The position numbers and the translations under genes were made by a program. A DNA stretch of 64,000 bases from Eledone cirrhosa. Its lineage: Eukaryota. Numbering within the stretch: the stretch's first letter is position 1; every line of letters begins with the position of its first letter. The stretch lies in NCBI GenBank assembly GCA_964016885.1, contig OZ024746.1, forward strand, positions 93,248,001 to 93,312,000, given 5' to 3'. The notes under the pieces were generated by a model. That model saw only the letters and a program-made list of their open reading frames with translations, was not told the origin of the DNA and did no database searches. This document shows, one piece after another, positions 62,176 through 64,000 of this stretch.

Positions 62176-63734
62176 TTATTCAAAGTAATCCAACTTACTT
62201 TACTAAGGGGATAAAAAATTACAAACCTTACGCAATCCCGCGCTTCTTACTTTATTATAGTTTAGATAGCATTTAAACTGGCTGTATCCGGCCAGAATTC
62301 TCTCACCTCTTTCTGTTGAAACTCGCCATAACTGGTTGCTCATACTTATGTTAAGGTATTGTTCTCAAAATGAATAACATCAAAATGATGTTGATTCGAT
62401 ATTCTGTGAGATAATATTATAAAATAAAGCCTTTACCACAGAAATACACTAGTATATATAGAGTAATGTAAATGCTAACGAGTTAAAAAGTATTTATTTA
62501 TTGGTTGATGTATGTCAGTACCAGCATGTTGCAGCTACAAACAGTAAACTTTGTTTATATATGATGTCCATATATAAAGTGGTTGTGTATGTGTCACAAC
62601 AAAAAGCACCCAGTACACAGTGGGAATGAAGTTGGGGCTAGGAAGGTTATCCGGTTGTAGAAAACAAGCTAAAATCAGTTCTGTTTGTGCAAGACATGCT
62701 CACCTGACCTAGCATTGCTCACAACAGGACAACTCTTTTAACCCATGCCAACGTGGAAGAATGGACGTTAAACCATGATGATGACATGATATATCGTCAT
62801 CATGATCGCTTTTACGTCAACTTTTCCATGCTGGCATTGTTCGGATGAGAATTTCTGAGGCAATGTTTTATTCCCAGATGCCTTTCTTGATATTACCTCT
62901 TTTAGTTGCTTCTCACAAAACGCAGGGTCATGGTGTACCATTCCTTAACTGAATACAAACAGCTTGTATGGTTATGATGTGAATGTATAGAAACTTTTCT
63001 AAACAAACTGTTGATGTATTTATATGCCAACTGGTGTGAAATGAAGCTTGTTTTAACTTACTCCTTTGTAATTATTGTTTTCTCATAGCTTTGACTCATT
63101 TGTCATACACAGTTCCGTGATTAATAACTGTGTGTATGTGTATGTGTGTGTGTGTGTGTGTGTTTCCCAGTGGTTATATTTTGATTTGAGTCATTATCTC
63201 ATTCAGCTCCCTTATTGAGATTACATGGGAATCTTCAAGATCTGCAACTGTTTCTCAAGCTGTTTTTACTATTGTGGTTGACAGCTTTTGTTACCTAGGC
63301 TGGGCTGTGTGAGGCCTACGTGGCATTGAGACGAGCTTTTACTGCATGGGACCTGCGAGGGCTGGAATGGGCTATGTGAGGCCTGCATGACATTGAGATG
63401 AGCCTTTACTGCATGGGACCTGTGAGAGCTGGAAGGAGGTAGAACAAATATGTTTTTCAGTCGAGTCAAAGACCAACAGCCTCCTTTGTGCTGGTGCCAT
63501 AAAAAATGCACCCAGTATAATCTGTAAGGTAGTTGGTGACAAGAAGAGCATACCATTGTAGAAACCATGCCAAAAATGTGTTGAGAAGACTCTTCAGTTG
63601 TGTCAAGGACACAACAACCTCTCTAGTGCTGTTTGATAAAATGCACCCAGTACATTCTGTAGGAAACTTATCAGTTAGTGAAAGAAGGGGTATCCAGCTA
63701 TAGAAAACTTACCAAACAAAGGGTTGAGACATGC

Positions 63735-63900
63735 TGTGGAAGGAAGACCTGAGTAGAGATAGTACCCAAAGACCCAAGTGGAAGGAAGACCTGGGTAGAG
63801 GTAGTACCCAGAGATCCTAGTGGAAGGAAGACCTGGGTAGACCTAGGTAGAGATAATACCCAGAGATCGAAGTGGAAGGAAGACCTGGGTAGAGGTAATG
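63735..63900. repeat. About 42-bp tandem repeat, 4 copies
   Basis: Unit gtggaaggaagacctgggtagag(a/g)tagtacccagagatc. Confidence 0.85.
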
Positions 63901-64000
63901 AGAGCTGATCTCAAGACACTGAACCTTAGGGAGGAGAAGACGAAGGAACACTATGAGTATGGGCAGGCTGTGAGTATGGGCAGACCTTTCCAACTTATGC

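Noticed and set aside
55473-64000. Final TIMM50 exons
   Set aside because: No segment resembling the expected IA...V.DVR.VL..Y continuation was found; presumed beyond the window.

Overview
AT-rich, intron-rich animal genomic DNA, not prokaryotic. The repeat landscape (tRNA-headed SINEs, RTE LINEs, many microsatellites) suggests a mollusc, most plausibly an octopod cephalopod; this is inference, with no database search run. Two spliced + strand genes can be assembled with consistent splice phases. (1) The 3' part of a CCDC170-like coiled-coil gene: 10 coding exons, 1854-23186, with the 5' end outside the window. (2) The 5' part of TIMM50: 8 coding exons, 35066-55472, including 32-nt and 22-nt micro-exons and a GC-AG intron, with the last exons outside the window. 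The rest is mostly transposon debris: TTAA (piggyBac-type) MITEs, Tc1/mariner and hAT MITEs, Helitrons, RTE/CR1/CRE LINE fragments, a Gypsy gag relic, modular SINEs and SINE-seeded minisatellites. Nearly all ORF-track entries outside these exons and TE relics look spurious. Best leads: a candidate HDV-like ribozyme with an unusual L3 insertion in a TSD-flanked non-autonomous retroelement (13769-14720); an unexplained intergenic block (25889-27686) with nested inverted repeats, a CpG-rich structured core, a B-box-like repeat array and an open 10-aa-repeat frame; a CRE (TGACGTCA) minisatellite in a TIMM50 intron; a partial exon duplication beside the GC-donor exon; and several long intronic fold-backs. 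No new biological system is proven from sequence alone.
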